Source: Antedon mediterranea
Lineage: Eukaryota > Animalia > Echinodermata
DNA length: 64,000 nt
Assembly: GCF_964355755.1 (NCBI RefSeq)
Contig: NC_092673.1
Location: forward strand, 4,650,001-4,714,000
Direction: 5' to 3'
Part shown: positions 1 to 15,440 of the stretch, piece by piece
Layout of the letters: every line of letters starts with the position of its first letter
How positions within the stretch are numbered: the first letter of the stretch is position 1
Program-made: the position numbers and the translations under genes
The notes under the pieces: generated by a model
The model's input: only the letters and a program-made list of their open reading frames with translations
Told to the model about the DNA's origin: nothing
Databases searched by the model: none

Positions 1-169
1 TAAAATTAAAAGATTCTCTTATCTAAAAGAGTTTAAATATTTATTTCCTTAAGTGAAATATTTAATACAATTAATTGTGATTGGTGAATACAGTCACTGA
101 CTCTGCAACAGTACTAGTGTCTGTATTAACTATTCACTCTTAGACTAGAAGAAACCATTATTGACTTAA

Positions 170-3237
<3,068 letters not shown>

Positions 3238-4189
3238 CCTCTAAACCTTGACCTTTAAACTCATGTCACCAAACCTTTCTGGCTATCTCCAATTATTAGG
3301 ATCTTAGAACAATGTCTTCAAACCTTAAAGCAGTTTGAATTGCTTGATGCATGTTTTAAGTTTTTGTGTTGTCCAATTGTCATCTTATACTTATTAAAGG
3401 AACATGCATATGCATACAATGTCAGCATAGATTTTTTTTATGTTTGAGGAGTAGATTATTATGTAGTAAATATTATGGATGAAAAAATGTATGGAAAAAT
3501 AAGACGAGATAAATGAATGTTGGTCTCTAATCTCTTTAAATCAAATGTAATTTATGCATTATGCACTTTAGGCTACTTTTAAAGTTATTAAAATGCATAC
3601 ACCCTGGTTGAGGTGTAAATACCTGCTAGGTAAAGATTTATTTCAAATGTAAAAGGCATCCCAAAGTTGCAGAAATGTGTAATTTTATATCAATACATCT
3701 ATGAGTATAAAATACTATCTAATTGCAGAATTCTGAATGTGTTTCATTGTACACTACTTTTGTGGTAACATTAAGTACGATTTATTTAAAAGAAAAACAT
3801 TAAATGTTTAATAAATTAAAGAGATCTTGTAAAGAGACCAATTTAACTTTGATTGTTAATACATTATTTTAAAATTGTTGAGGATGGTACTGCATTCTCT
3901 TCTGTATCAATGAGAGAGAGAGTGAGAGTTTTTTAATGATAGGAATTAGCTTAGAAATATTGGTAGGAACTTGCTACCTTTTGAAGGTTGGTGATACATT
4001 TTAGTGGTTGGTGGAAAAAGTTTTTGTTTTACTTATAATTATTCCATGTAATGTATTGTAAGTTATAGTACTTTTGAATTAGTACCAGGTGGAGATAGTC
4101 AAGAAAAACATGTTTAGGTTTCCCTCTATAGCCAACTCTGTGCCATAAAAGAAAGGAAAGAAAACAAATATATTTCATTTCTTGTGGTC

Positions 4190-4635
4190 AAACATGAGTA
4201 TTATGTCATGGTTCAGAGGTTAATCTTGTTGAAAATAAGGAGTTTGGACTGTGTTGCTACAAGTTCAAATAAGGTCAAACAACATGGGCATTATATCATG
4301 GTTCAGAGGTTAATCTTGTTGAATATAAGAGTTTAAATGATGTTACTACAAGTTTGAATAAGGTCAATCATGAGTATTATGTCATGGTTCAGAGGTTAAT
4401 CTTGTTGAAAATAAGAGTTTAAATGATGTTACTACAAGTTTGAATAAGGTCAATCATGAGTATTATGTCATGGTTCAGAGGTTAATCTTGTTGAAAATAA
4501 GGAATTTGAACTGTGCTGCTAAAAGTTTGAATAAGGTCAAACAACATGGGTATTATTGGTTCAGAGGTTAATCATAATGAAAAAAGTTTGAATAAGAGTA
4601 TTATGTTGTGGTTCAGAGGTGAAATAAGGTTTACA
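4190..4635 (+). repeat. Tandem repeat, ~5 copies of an ~87-bp unit, probably in the FAM193A 3' UTR
   Basis: Core CATGAGTATTATGTCATGGTTCAGAGGTTAATCTTGTTGAAAATAAG recurs at about 4193, 4283, 4369, 4454, 4544 and, degenerate, 4596. Candidate AATAAA at about 4919. Confidence 0.85.
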
Positions 4636-5029
4636 TTTTGAATGGCTCTTTTTAAATGTTTGTTGAACAACTGCTAATAATTGTAATGTGTTGGAATAAT
4701 CAAAATACAAATGAATTAGTGAAAAAGTTTGGTATTCTCTGCAAGATAAAGCAATTAATAACTATAACGATTGTACCCTTAGCTGAAAATGTGGAATTTG
4801 CTAGGGGAAAAGTGTTAAGATATGAGCATGAATGTCGCATTGATGTCGGCATTCTATTTGATATCCGTATTCTGGTATATCGGCATCCGTTTTACTTATC
4901 GGACTCAATGTCGTGTTAAATAAATACACTTCTCTGCTTAAATACAAATTAATTGTTGCTTATTATGTTTTGTCATATGCATGCATGTGTATAACCACAT
5001 AATGTCGTAACATTATTAATCTAATCTAA

Positions 5030-6126
5030 TAATTTCAAAATGTCGATATTTTGGTCATTTTTAACATTTAACTGGACATTCCAATGGTTACTTAATCATG
5101 TGACATGAATCACATAACATGTTCTGCGCATGTTAACAAAATATTTTGGCCTTTTTTCGAAAAATCTTTGTTACCTTCACAGAATCACATATTGTGTTCT
5201 TTCCTAAATGCATAATGTGACATGCGCAAGAATGTTACCTTAACATATTTTTGGAAAATTTTCCCGAAAAATGACCAAATTTCGACTTTTTTATTTTTCA
5301 ACATAAAGTGGTCCCATGACAATATAAGATGATGATATGGTACTGTACATGCACATATAGCAATGTGCATATTGGATTTCAAAAAGGTCGAAATTTGGTA
5401 CAGGGATTTTCCTGAAAAATGACCAAATTTTGGCCTTTTTATTTTTTGACATAAAGTGGTCCCATGATACTTAAGATGATGATAGGATACTACACGTGCA
5501 CATTTAGCAATATTAGTGCAAATAAATTGGATTTTAAAAAGGTCGAAATTTTGGTGATTTTGCAAGAAATCCCTGTAGGCCTACTATAGTACAAGAATTT
5601 TCTAAAAAAATTACCATATTTTGACCTTTTTATTTTTCGACATAAAGTGGTCCCATAATACTATAAGATGCACATATTATAGCAATTAGTGCATATTAAT
5701 TGGATTTCAAAAAAGGTCAAAATTTGGGTGATTTTGAAAAAAATCACTGTACTATATAGTACAGGAATTTTCCCGAAAAAATGATCAAATTCCGACCTTT
5801 TTATTTTTCAGCATAAAGTGGTTCCATAATACTATAAGATGATGATAGGGTACTGTACGTGCACATATAGCAATTAGTGCATAGTAATTGGATTTCAAAA
5901 AGGTCGAAATTTTGGTGATTTTGCAAAAAATCCCTGTATATAGTACAGGAATTTTCGAGAAAAATGACCAAACTTCAACCTTTTTATTTTTCAGCATAAA
6001 GTGGTCCCATAATACTTTAAGATGATGATAGGGTACTATACGTGCGCATATAGCAATATTAGTGCATATTAATTGGATTTTAAAAAGGTTGAAATTTGGG
6101 TGATTATGCAAAAAATCCCTGTACTA
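5030..6126 (+). repeat. Satellite family A, left arm (~150-190-bp degenerate monomers)
   Basis: CATAAAGTGGTCCCATAATACTATAAGATG...AAAAAGGTCGAAATTT...CCCTGTACTATAGTACAGG recurs at about 5303, 5451, 5642, 5814 and 5996. Confidence 0.88.
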
Positions 6127-7760
6127 TTTCCAAGTAGTTCCGAGTAGTGACGAGTTCCGAGTATTGCCGAGTAGTTCCAAGAAGTTGCGAAAAGTTCCGA
6201 GTATTTCCAAGTATTTCCGAGTAGTTCCGATTAGTTCCGATTAGCTCCGATTAGTTGCGAGTAGTTCTGAGAAATTAAGAGTAGTGACGAGTAATTCCGA
6301 AAAGTTCCGATTAGTTCCGAATAATTCCGAATAATTCCGAGTAGTGACGAGAAGTTCCGAGTACCGTAATTCCGAGTAGTTCCGAGCAGTTTTGAGTAGT
6401 TCCGAGAAGTTCCGAGAAGTCCCAAATAATCCTGAGTTGTCCCGAGTAGTCCCGAGTAGTTCCGAGTAGTTCCGAGTAGTTCTGAGTAGTTCCGAGAAGT
6501 TCCGAGTAATTCCGAGTAGTTCCGAGTTGTCCTGTGTAGTTCCGAGTAGTTCCGAGTTGTTCCGAGTAGTTCCGAGTAGTTCCGAGTATTTCCGAGAAGT
6601 TCCGAGAAGTCCCGAGTAGTCCCAAGTAGTCCCTAGTAGTTCCGAGAAGTTCCGAGAAGTCCCAAATAATCCTGAGTTGTCCCGAGTAGTCCCGAGTAGT
6701 TCCGAGTAGTTCCGAGTAGTTCTGAGTAGTTCCGAGAAGTTCCGAGTAATTCCGAGTAGTTCCGAGTTGTCCTGTGTAGTTCCGAGTAGTTCCGAGTTGT
6801 TCCGAGTAGTTCCGAGTAGTTCCGAGTATTTCCGAGAAGTTCCGAGAAGTCCCGAGTAGTCCCAAGTAGTCCCGAGTAGTTCCGAGTAGTTCCGAGTAGT
6901 TCTGAGTAATTCCGAGTAGTTCCGAGTAGTCCCGTGTAGTTCCGAGTAGTTCCGAGAAGTTCCGAATAGTTCCGAGTTGTTCCGAGTAGTGGCGAGAAGT
7001 TCCGAGTAGTTCCGAGTATTTCCAAGTTTTTTCGAGTATTTCCGAGTAGTTCCGAGTAGTTCCGAATATTGACGAGTAGTTCCGAGTAGTTCCAAGAAGT
7101 TTCGAATAGTTCCAAAAAGTTCTAAGAATTTCCGAGTAGTTCCGAGTAGTTCTGAGTAGTTCCGAGTAGTATCGAGTAGTTCCGAGAAATTCCGAGAAGT
7201 TCTGAGAAGTTCCAAGTAGTTCCGAGAAGTTCCAAGTAGTTCCGAGTAGTTCCGTGAAGTTCCGATAAGTTCCGTGTATTTCCGAGTCTTTCCGAGTATT
7301 TCCAAGTAGTTCCAAGTAGTTCCAAGTAGTTTTGAGTAGTTCCGAGTAGTATCGAGTAGTTCCGGGAAGTTCCGAGAAGTTCCGAGTAGTTCCGAGTTGT
7401 TCCGAGAAGTTACGAGTAGTTACGAGTAGTTCCAAATTATAGTTCCAAATAGTTCCGAGTAATTCCGAGTAGTTCCGAGTAGTCCCGAATAGTTCCGAGA
7501 AGTTCCGATTATTTCCGAGTAGTTCCGAATGTTTCCGAGTAGTTCTGAGAAGTTCTGAGTAGTTCTGAGAAGTTCCAAGTAGTTCCGAGTAGTTCCGAGA
7601 AGTTCCGATAAGTTCCGTGTGTTTCCAAGTATTTCCGAGTATTTCTGAGTATTTCCGGGTAGTTCCGAGTATTTCCGAATATTGATGAGTAGTGTCGAAT
7701 AGTTTCGAGAAGTTCCAAGAATTTCCGAGTAGTTACGAGTAGTTTCGAGTAGTTCCAAGT
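6127..7760 (+). repeat. 10-bp minisatellite (TTCCGAGTAG)n, left arm, containing a near-exact 240-bp internal duplication
   Basis: About 160 degenerate copies. Lines 6421-6600 are repeated identically at 6661-6840. Source of the ELLGTTRNYS minus-strand ORFs. Confidence 0.97.
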
Positions 7761-7769
7761 ATATAAATA

Positions 7770-10700
7770 ATCCCTGTACTATAGTACTGGGAAATTTTCG
7801 ACCCTTTTATTTTAGACATAAAGGGTTACTATTGCATAATAAACATGCGCATTGACGAATAATGGGTTATTAAAGGGAAATTTTCGAAAAATGACCTATT
7901 TTCGACCCTTTTATTTTTTGACATAAATGGTTACTATTGCATAATAAACATGCGCAGAGCCGACTAATGGGTTCTGCGCATGTTAATTGTGCTATAGTAA
8001 CCAGTTTTATCGAAAAAAAAGGTCGAAAAGGGGCCATTTTTTGAAAAATCCCTGTACTATAGTACAGGGAAATTTTCGAAAAATGGCCGATTTTCGACTC
8101 TTTTATTTTTTGACATAAATGGTTACTATTGCATAATAAACATGCGCAGAGACGAATAATAGGTTCTGCGCATGTCAATAGTGCTATAGTAACCAGTTTT
8201 AACATAAATGGTTACCTATGGCATAATAAACATGCGCAGAGTCGACTAATGGGTTATGCGCATGTTAATTGTGCTATAGTAGCCAGTTTTATCGAAAAAT
8301 AAAAAGGTCGAAAATTGGCCATTTTTTGAAGAAATTATCGAAAAATGGCTGATTTTCGACCCTTTTATTTGTTGACATAAATGGTTACTATTGCATAATA
8401 AACATGCGCAGAGACGAATAATAGGTTCTGCGCATGTCAATTGTGCTATAGTAACAAGTTTTGACATAAATGGTTACTATAGCATAATAAACATGCGCAG
8501 AGTCGACTAATGGGTTCTGCGCATGTTAATTGTGCTATAGTAACCAGTTTTATCGAAAAATAAAAAGGTCGAAAAATTGCCATTTCTTGAAAAAATCCAT
8601 GTACTATAGTACAGGGAAATTTTCGAAAAATGACCTATTTTCGACCCTTTTATTTTTTGACATAAATGGTTACTATTGCATAATCAACATGCGCAGAGAT
8701 GAATAATGGGTTTTGCGCATGTCAATTGTGCTATAGTAACCAGTTTTGACAAAAATGGTTACTATAGGATAATAAACATGCGCAGAGTCGACTAATGGGT
8801 TCTGCGCATGTTAATTGTGCTATAGTAACCAGTTTTATCGAAAAATAAAAAGGTCGAAAATTGACCATTTTATTCGAAAAAATCCCTATACTATAGTACA
8901 GGGAAATTTTCGAAAAATGGCCGATTTTCGACCCTTTCACTTTTTGACATAAAGGGTTACTATTGCAAAATAAACATGCGCAGAGACGAATAATGGGTTC
9001 TGCGCATGTCAATTGTGCTATAGTAACCAGTTTTGGCATAAATGGTTACTATAGCATAGTAAACATGCGCATAGTCGTCTAATGGGTTCTGCGCATGTTA
9101 ATTGTGCTATAGTAACCAGTTTTATCGAAAAATAAAAAGGTCGAAAATTGGCCATTTTTGGAAAAAATCCCTGTACTATAGTACAGGGAAATTTTCTAAA
9201 AATGGCCGATTTTCGACCCTTTTATTTTTTGACATAAATGGTTACTATAGCATAATAAACATGCGCAGAGACGAATAATGGGTTCTGCGCATGTCAATTG
9301 TGCTATAGTAACCAGTTTTGGCATAAATGGTTACTATAGCATAGTAAACATGCGCATAGTCGTCTAATGGGTTCTGCGCATGTTAATTGTGCTATAGTAA
9401 CCAGTTTTATCGAAAAATAAAAAGGTCGAAAATTGGCCATTTTTGGAAAAAATCCCTGTACTATAGTACAGGGAAATTTTCTAAAAATGGCCGATTTTCG
9501 ACCCTTTTATTTTTTGACATAAATGGTTACTATAGCATAATAAACATGCGCAGAGACGAATAATGGGTTTTGCGCATGTCAATTGTGCTATAGTAACCAG
9601 TTTTGACATAAATGGTTACTATAGGATAATAACATGCGCAGAGTCAACTAATGGGTTCTGCGCATGTTAATTGTGCTATAGTAACCAGTTTTATCGAAAA
9701 ATAAAAAGGTCGAAAATTGGCCATTTTTGGAAAAAATCCCTGTACTATAGTACAGGGAAATTTTCAAAAAATGGCCGATTTTCGACCCTTTTATTTTTTG
9801 ACATAAATTGTAACTATTGCATAATAAACATGCGCAGAGACGAATAATGGGTTTTGCGCATGTCAATTGTGCTATAGTAACCAGTTTTGACATAAATGGT
9901 TACTATAGCATAATAAACATGCGCAGAGTCGACTAATGGGTTCTGCGCATGTTAATTGTGCTATAGTAACCAGTTTTATCGACAAATAAAAAGGTCGAAA
10001 ATTGGCCATTTTCTGAAAAAATCCCTGTACTATAGTATAGGGAAATTTTCGAAAAATGGCTGATTTTCGACCCTTTTATTTTTTGACATAAATGGTTACT
10101 ATAGCATAATAAACATGCGCAGAGCCGACTAATGGGTTCTGCGCATGTTAATTGTGCTATAGTAACCAGGTTTATCGAAAAAAAAGGTCGAAAAGGGGCC
10201 ATTTTTTGAAAAGTCCCTGTACTATAGTACAGAGAAATTTTCGAAAAATGGCCGATTTTCGACTCTTTTATTTTTTGACATAAATGGTTACTATGGCATA
10301 ATAAACATGCGCAGAGACGAATAATAGGTTCTGCGCATGTCAATAGTGCTATAGTAACCAGTTTTAACATAAATGGTTACCTATAGCATAATAAACATGC
10401 GCAGAGTCGACTAATGGGTTATGCGCATGTTAATTGTGCTATAGTAGGGCCTAACCAGTTTTATCGAAAAATAAAAAGGTCGAAAATTGGCCATTTTTTG
10501 AAGAAATCCATGTACTATAGTACAGGGAAATTTTCGAAAAATGACCTATTTTCGACCCTTTTATTTTTGACATAAATGGTTACTATTGCATAATCAACAT
10601 GCGCAGAGATGAATAATGGGTTTTGCGCATGTCAATTGTGCTATAGTAACCAGTTTTATCGAAAAATAAAAAGGTCGAAAATTGACCATTTTATTCGAAA

Positions 10701-13700
10701 AAATCCTTATACTATAGTACAGGGAAATTTTCGAAAAATGGCCGATTTTCGACCCTTTTATTTTTTGACATAAAGGGTTACTATTGCAAAATAAACATGC
10801 GCAGAGACGAATAATGGGTTCTGCGCATGTCAATTGTGCTATAGTAACCAGTTTTGGCATAAATGGTTACTATAGCATAGTAAACATGCGCATAGTCGTC
10901 TAATGGGTTCTGCGCATGTTAATTGTGCTATAGTAACCAGTTTTATCGAAAAATAAAAAGGTCGAAAATTGGCCATTTTTGGAAAAAATCCCTGTACTAT
11001 AGTACAGGGAAATTTTCTAAAAATGGCCGATTTTCGACCCTTTTATTTTTTGACATAAATGGTTACTATAGCATAATAAACATGCGCAGAGACGAATAAT
11101 GGGTTTTGCGCATGTCAATTGTGCTATAGTAACCAGTTTTGACATAAATGGTTACTATAGGATAATAACATGCGCAGAGTCAACTAATGGGTTCTGCGCA
11201 TGTTAATTGTGCTATAGTAACCAGTTTTATCGAAAAATAAAAAGGTCGAAAATTGGCCATTTTTGGAAAAAATCCCTGTACTATAGTACAGGGAAATTTT
11301 CAAAAAATGGCCGATTTTCGACCCTTTTATTTTTTGACATAAATTGTTACTATTGCATAATAAACATGCGCAGAGACGAATAATGGGTTTTGCGCATGTC
11401 AATTGTGCTATAGTAACCAGTTTTGACATAAATGGTTACTATAGCATAATAAACATGCGCAGAGTCGACTAATGGGTTCTGCGCATGTTAATTGTGCTAT
11501 AGTAACCAGTTTTATCGACAAATAAAAAGGTCGAAAATTGGCCATTTTCTGAAAAAATCCCTGTACTATAGTATAGGGAAATTTTCGAAAAATGGCTGAT
11601 TTTCGACCCTTTTATTTTTTGACATAAATGGTTACTATAGCATAATAAACATGCGCAGAGCCGACTAATGGGTTCTGCGCATGTTAATTGTGCTATAGTA
11701 ACCAGGTTTATCGAAAAAAAAGGTCGAAAAGGGGCCATTTTTTGAAAAGTCCCTGTACTATAGTACAGAGAAATTTTCGAAAAATGGCCGATTTTCGACT
11801 CTTTTATTTTTTGACATAAATGGTTACTATTGCATAATAAACATGCGCAGAGACGAATAATAGGTTCTGCGCATGTCAATAGTGCTATAGTAACCAGTTT
11901 TAACATAAATGGTTACCTATAGCATAATAAACATGCGCAGAGTCGACTAATGGGTTATGCGCATGTTAATTGTGCTATAGTAGGGCCTAACCAGTTTTAT
12001 CGAAAAATAAAAAGGTCGAAAATTGGCCATTTTTTGAAGAAATCCATGTACTATAGTACAGGGAAATTTTCGAAAAATGACCTATTTTCGACCCTTTTAT
12101 TTTTGACATAAATGGTTACTATTGCATAATCAACATGCGCAGAGATGAATAATGGGTTTTGCGCATGTCAATTGTGCTATAGTAACCAGTTTTATCGAAA
12201 AATAAAAAGGTCGAAAATTGACCATTTTATTCGAAAAAATCCTTATACTATAGTACAGGGAAATTTTCGAAAAATGGCCGATTTTCGACCCTTTTATTTT
12301 TTGACATAAAGGGTTACTATTGCAAAATAAACATGCGCAGAGACGAATAATGGGTTCTGCGCATGTCAATTGTGCTATAGTAACCAGTTTTGGCATAAAT
12401 GGTTACTATAGCATAGTAAACATGCGCATAGTCGTCTAATGGGTTCTGCGCATGTTAATTGTGCTATAGTAACCAGTTTTATCGAAAAATAAAAAGGTCG
12501 AAAATTGGCCATTTTTTGAAAAAATCCCTGTACTATAGTACAGGGAAATTTTCTAAAAATGGCCGATTTTCGACCCTTTTATCTTTTGACATAAATGGTT
12601 ACTATAGCATAATAAACATGCGCAGAGACGAATAATGGGTTTTGCGCATGTCAATTGTGCTATAGTAACCAGTTTTGACATAAATGGTTACTATAGGATA
12701 ATAACATGCGCAGAGTCAACTAATGGGTTCTGCGCATGTTAATTGTGCTATAGTAACCAGTTTTATCGAAAAATAAAAAGGTCGAAAATTGGCCATTTAA
12801 AAAAAAAATCCCTATACTATAGTACTGTACAGGGAAATTTTCGAAAAATGGCCGATTTTCGACCCTTTTATTTTTTGACATAAATGGTTACTATTGCATA
12901 ATAAACATGCGCAGATACGAATAATGGGTTCTGCGCATGTCAATTGTGCTATAGTAACCAGTTTTGACATAAATGGTTACTATAGCATAGTAAACATGCG
13001 CAGAGTCGACTAATGGGTTCTGCGCATGTTAATTGTGCTATAGTAACCAGTTTTATCGAAAAATAAAAAGGTCGAAAAATTGCCATTTCTTGAAAAAATC
13101 CATGTACTATAGTACAGGGAAATTTTCGAAAAATGACCTATTTTCGACCCTTTTATTTTTTGACATAAATGGTTACTATTGCATAATCAACATGCGCAGA
13201 GATGAATAATGGGTTTTGCGCATGTCAATTGTGCTATAGTAACCAGTTTTATCGAAAAATAAAAAGGTCGAAAATTGACCATTTTATTCGAAAAAATCCC
13301 TATACTATAGTACAGGGAAATTTTCGAAAAATGGCCGATTTTCGACCCTTTTATTTTTTGACATAAAGGGTTACTATTGCAAAATAAACATGCGCAGAGA
13401 CGAATAATGGGTTCTGCGCATGTCAATTGTGCTATAGTAACCAGTTTTGGCATAAATGGTTACTATAGCATAGTAAACATGCGCATAGTCGTCTAATGGG
13501 TTCTGCGCATGTTAATTGTGCTATAGTAACCAGTTTTATCGAAAAATAAAAAGGTCGAAAATTGGCCATTTTTGGAAAAAATTATCGAAAAATGGCTGAT
13601 TTTCGACCCTTTTATTTGTTGACATAAATGGTTACTATTGCATAATAAACATGCGCAGAGACGAATAATGGGTTTTGCGCATGTCAATTGTGCTATAGTA

Positions 13701-14008
13701 ACAAGTTTTGACATAAATGGTTACTATAGCATAATAAACATGCGCAGAGTCGACTAATGGGTTCTGCGCATGTTAATTGTGCTATAGTAACCAGTTTTAT
13801 CGAAAATTGCCATTTTTTGAAAAAATCCCTGTACTATAGTACAGGGAAATTTTCGAAAAATGGCCGATTTTTTACCCTTTCATTTGTTGACATAAAGGGT
13901 TACTATTGCAGCATAGTAAACATGCGCATAGTCGACTAATGGGTTCTGCGCATATTAATTGTGCTATAGTAACCAGTTTTATCGAAAAAAAAAAGGTCGA
14001 AAATGGGT
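7770..14008 (+). repeat. Palindrome-module satellite C (~89-bp hairpin modules plus ~107-bp palindrome module, ~285-bp monomer) with a 1536-bp higher-order repeat
   Basis: Module H: GGTTACTATAGCA-n-ACATGCGCAGA-loop-TCTGCGCATGT-n-TGCTATAGTAACC. Module P is centred on CCCTGTACTATAGTACAGGG. ORF-track pairs 9648/11184, 9933/11469 and 10594/12130, and the diagnostic insert at 10445/11981, are all 1536 bp apart. Confidence 0.95.
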
Positions 14009-15096
14009 ACCGAGTAGTTCCGAGTAGTTCTGAGTCGTTCCGAGTAGTTCCGAGAAGTTCCGAGTAGTTCCGAGTTGTTAAGAGTAGTTCCAAGTAGTTC
14101 CGAGTTGTTCCAAGTATTTCCGAGTAATTCTGAGAAGTTCCGAGTAGTTCCGGGAGTTCCGAGTAGTTCTGAGTAGTTCCGAGTAGTTTCGAAAAGTTCC
14201 GAGTAGTTCCGAGTAGATCCAAGTAGTTCCAAGAATTTTAGAGTAGTTTCGAGTAGTTCCAAAAAGTTCCGAGTAGTTCCAAGTAGTTCCGTATAGGTCC
14301 AAGTAGTTGCGAGTAGTTTCGAGTAGTTCCGAGTAGTATCGAGTAGTTCCAAGTAGTATCGAGTAGTTCCGAGAAGTTCCGAGTAGTTCCGAGTAGTTCC
14401 GAGTTGTTCCGAGTATTTCCGAGTATTTCCGAGTAGTTCCGAGTAGTTCCGAGTAGTTCCGAGAAATTCCGAGTAGTTCAGAGTAGTTCCGAATAGTATC
14501 GAGTAGTTCCGAGAAGTTCCGAGAAGTTCCGAAAAGTTCCGAGAAGTTCCGAGAAGTTCCGAGTAGTTCCGAGTAGTGGCGAGAAGTTCCGAGAAGTTTC
14601 GAGTAATTCCGAGTCGTTCCGAGTAGTTCCGATTTGTTCCGATTTGTTCCGAGTAGTTCCGAGTAGTTCCGAGTTGTTCCGAGTATTTCCGAGTAGTTCC
14701 GAGTACTTCCGAGTAGTTCCGAGAAGTTCCGAGAAGTTCCGAGTATTTCCGAGAAGTTTCGAGAAGTTTCGAGAAGTTTCGAGAAGTTCCGAGTAGTTCC
14801 GAGTAGTTCCAAGTAGTTCCGAGTAGTCCCGAGTAGTCCCGAGTATTTCCGAGTAGTTCCGAAAAGTTCCGAGAAGTTCCGAGAAGTTCCGAGTAGCTCC
14901 GAGTAGTTCCGAGTAGTTCCGAGTATTTCCGAGTAGTCCCGAGTACTTCCGAGTAGTTCCGAGTAGTTCCAAAAAGTTCCAAAAAGTTCCGAGTAGTAGT
15001 TCTGAGTAGTTTCGTGTAGTTCCGAGAAGTTCTGAGAAGTTCTGAGTTGTTCCGAGTAATTCCGAGTAGTTCCAAGTTTTTAAGAGTAGTTCCGAG
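14009..15096 (+). repeat. 10-bp minisatellite (TTCCGAGTAG)n, right arm, same orientation as the left arm
   Basis: About 108 degenerate copies of TTCCGAGTAG/TTCCGAGAAG. Confidence 0.97.
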
Positions 15097-15440
15097 TAGT
15101 ACAGGGATTTTCTCGAAAAATGACCATATTTTGACCTTTTTATTTTTCATCATAAAGTGGTCCCATAATACTATAAGATGCTGATAGGGTACTATACGTG
15201 CACATTTTGCAATATTAGTGCATATTAATTGGATTTCAAAAAAGTCTAAACTTTTTTTTTGCAAAAAATCCCTGTACAGGGATTTTCTCGAAAATATGAC
15301 CAAAATTCGACCTTTTTATTTTTCGACATAATGTGGTCCCATAATACTATAAGATGCTGATAGGGTACTATACGTGCACATTTTGCAATATTAGTGCATA
15401 TGAATTGGATTTTAAAAATGTCGAAATTTGGGTGATTTTC
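15097..15440 (+). repeat. Satellite family A, right arm (~2 monomers)
   Basis: CATAAAGTGGTCCCATAATACTATAAGATGCTGATAGGGTACTATACGTGCAC at about 15151 and 15327, same orientation as 5030-6126. Confidence 0.88.

Noticed and set aside
6231-7758. Long minus-strand ORFs (ELLGTTRNYS repeats), also at 13872-15303
   Set aside because: They occur in all three frames as a by-product of a stop-free 10-bp repeat; no unique domain or splice context.
7870-13939. Repeated 70-145 aa ORFs (KLVTIAQLTCAEPI...)
   Set aside because: Translations of satellite monomers, broken by frame-indifferent indels.
7770-14008. CRISPR-like or integron attC-like array of palindromic repeats
   Set aside because: Intervening sequences are themselves repeats rather than unique spacers or cassettes; no cas or integron integrase gene; the context is eukaryotic with spliceosomal introns.
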